Assembly (NCBI GenBank): GCA_964291235.2 | Contig: OZ219815.1 | Span: 1,248,001-1,312,000 of the forward strand | From: Vicinamibacteria bacterium | Lineage (GTDB): Bacteria; Acidobacteriota; Vicinamibacteria; Marinacidobacterales; Marinacidobacteraceae | Length of the DNA stretch: 64,000 nt | Reading direction: 5' to 3' | Part shown: in pieces, positions 63,396 through 64,000 of the stretch | Position numbering within the stretch: position 1 is the first letter of the stretch | Layout of the letters: the number at the start of each line of letters is the position of its first letter | Made by a program: the position numbers and the translations under genes | Notes under the pieces: model-generated | Told to the model about the DNA's origin: nothing | What the model saw: only the letters and a program-made list of their open reading frames with translations | Database searches by the model: none

Positions 63396-64000
63396 TCAGG
63401 AACAGGCCCGCCGCAGCACCTCCAGGCCGCCGGTGGCGGGTTGGCCTTCCTCGTCCACCGGGGGCGAAACGATCAGCGTCGTGACGCCTGCTTCCCGGTA
63501 GGCGGCGATCCGGTCGGCGATCCGGGCCTCCGGCCCGACAAGGCATATCTCGTCCACGAGTCCGTCGGGAACGGCTGCCGCCGCCTCCTCCTTCCGGCCG
63601 TCCAGGTAGAGATCCTGGATCACTCCCGCTTCGTCTTCATATCCGTACCGCCGGGCGAGTTCGTTGTAAAAGTTGCGACGGCGAGCGCCCATGCCGCCCA
63701 CGTAGAGAGCGATCCCGGGCCGCAGCTGATCGCGGAGACGGGGAAGATCGTCTCCGAGGGCACAGTCGACCATCGGGGCGACTTCCAGCGGAGCCGGGTG
63801 GGTGCGCTTTTGGGCGCCGGCGGCGAGCGCGGGACCCCACACTTTGGCCGACTGGTCCGGCGAGTAGAGGAAGGGCAGCCAGCCATCCGCGATTTCCGCG
63901 GTGAGCGTCGTATTTTGCGGGCCGATCGAGGCCACGTAGATCGGGATCGCCGGACGCCGCGGGTGCAGCATGAGCTTGAGCGGCTTCCCGAGGCCGGTGC
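63396..64000 (-). CDS. LLM-class (probably F420-dependent) oxidoreductase, 5'-truncated by window edge
   Basis: IPIYVASIGP, AEIADGW, LYVGGMGA..NFY, AAAAVPD. Confidence 0.88.
   Translation of the reverse strand, partial: TGLGKPLKLMLHPRRPAIPIYVASIGPQNTTLTAEIADGWLPFLYSPDQSAKVWGPALAAGAQKRTHPAPLEVAPMVDCALGDDLPRLRDQLRPGIALYVGGMGARRRNFYNELARRYGYEDEAGVIQDLYLDGRKEEAAAAVPDGLVDEICLVGPEARIADRIAAYREAGVTTLIVSPPVDEEGQPATGGLEVLRRACS

Overview
High-GC bacterial chromosomal window, probably Acidobacteriota (16S signature GAATCAACGCTGGCGG, two Oar-type TonB-dependent receptors, CRTAC1/TPR modules). It contains a complete rRNA operon (16S, tRNA-Ile, tRNA-Ala, 23S, 5S) and housekeeping genes argG, argH, purM, purN, tyrS, dapF and a selD fusion. 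It also holds a SNF2 helicase with a SWIM-type partner, many exported peptidases and dehydrogenases, and a five-gene minus-strand cluster of Tat-signal PLP, amidohydrolase and amidase genes. The most unusual part is 47993-51977: a degenerate FitA-like ribbon-helix-helix ORF, a 952-aa protein with three AAA+ modules, and an ~800-bp mostly non-coding block. That block has two arrays of four 19-20-bp TTGACCATGGYTC repeats separated by ~10-bp-phased A/T tracts and is bracketed by 36-bp imperfect repeats with REP-like hairpins. A MITE-like element and dispersed REP-like repeats are also present. Product calls rest on motif recognition only; no database searches were run.
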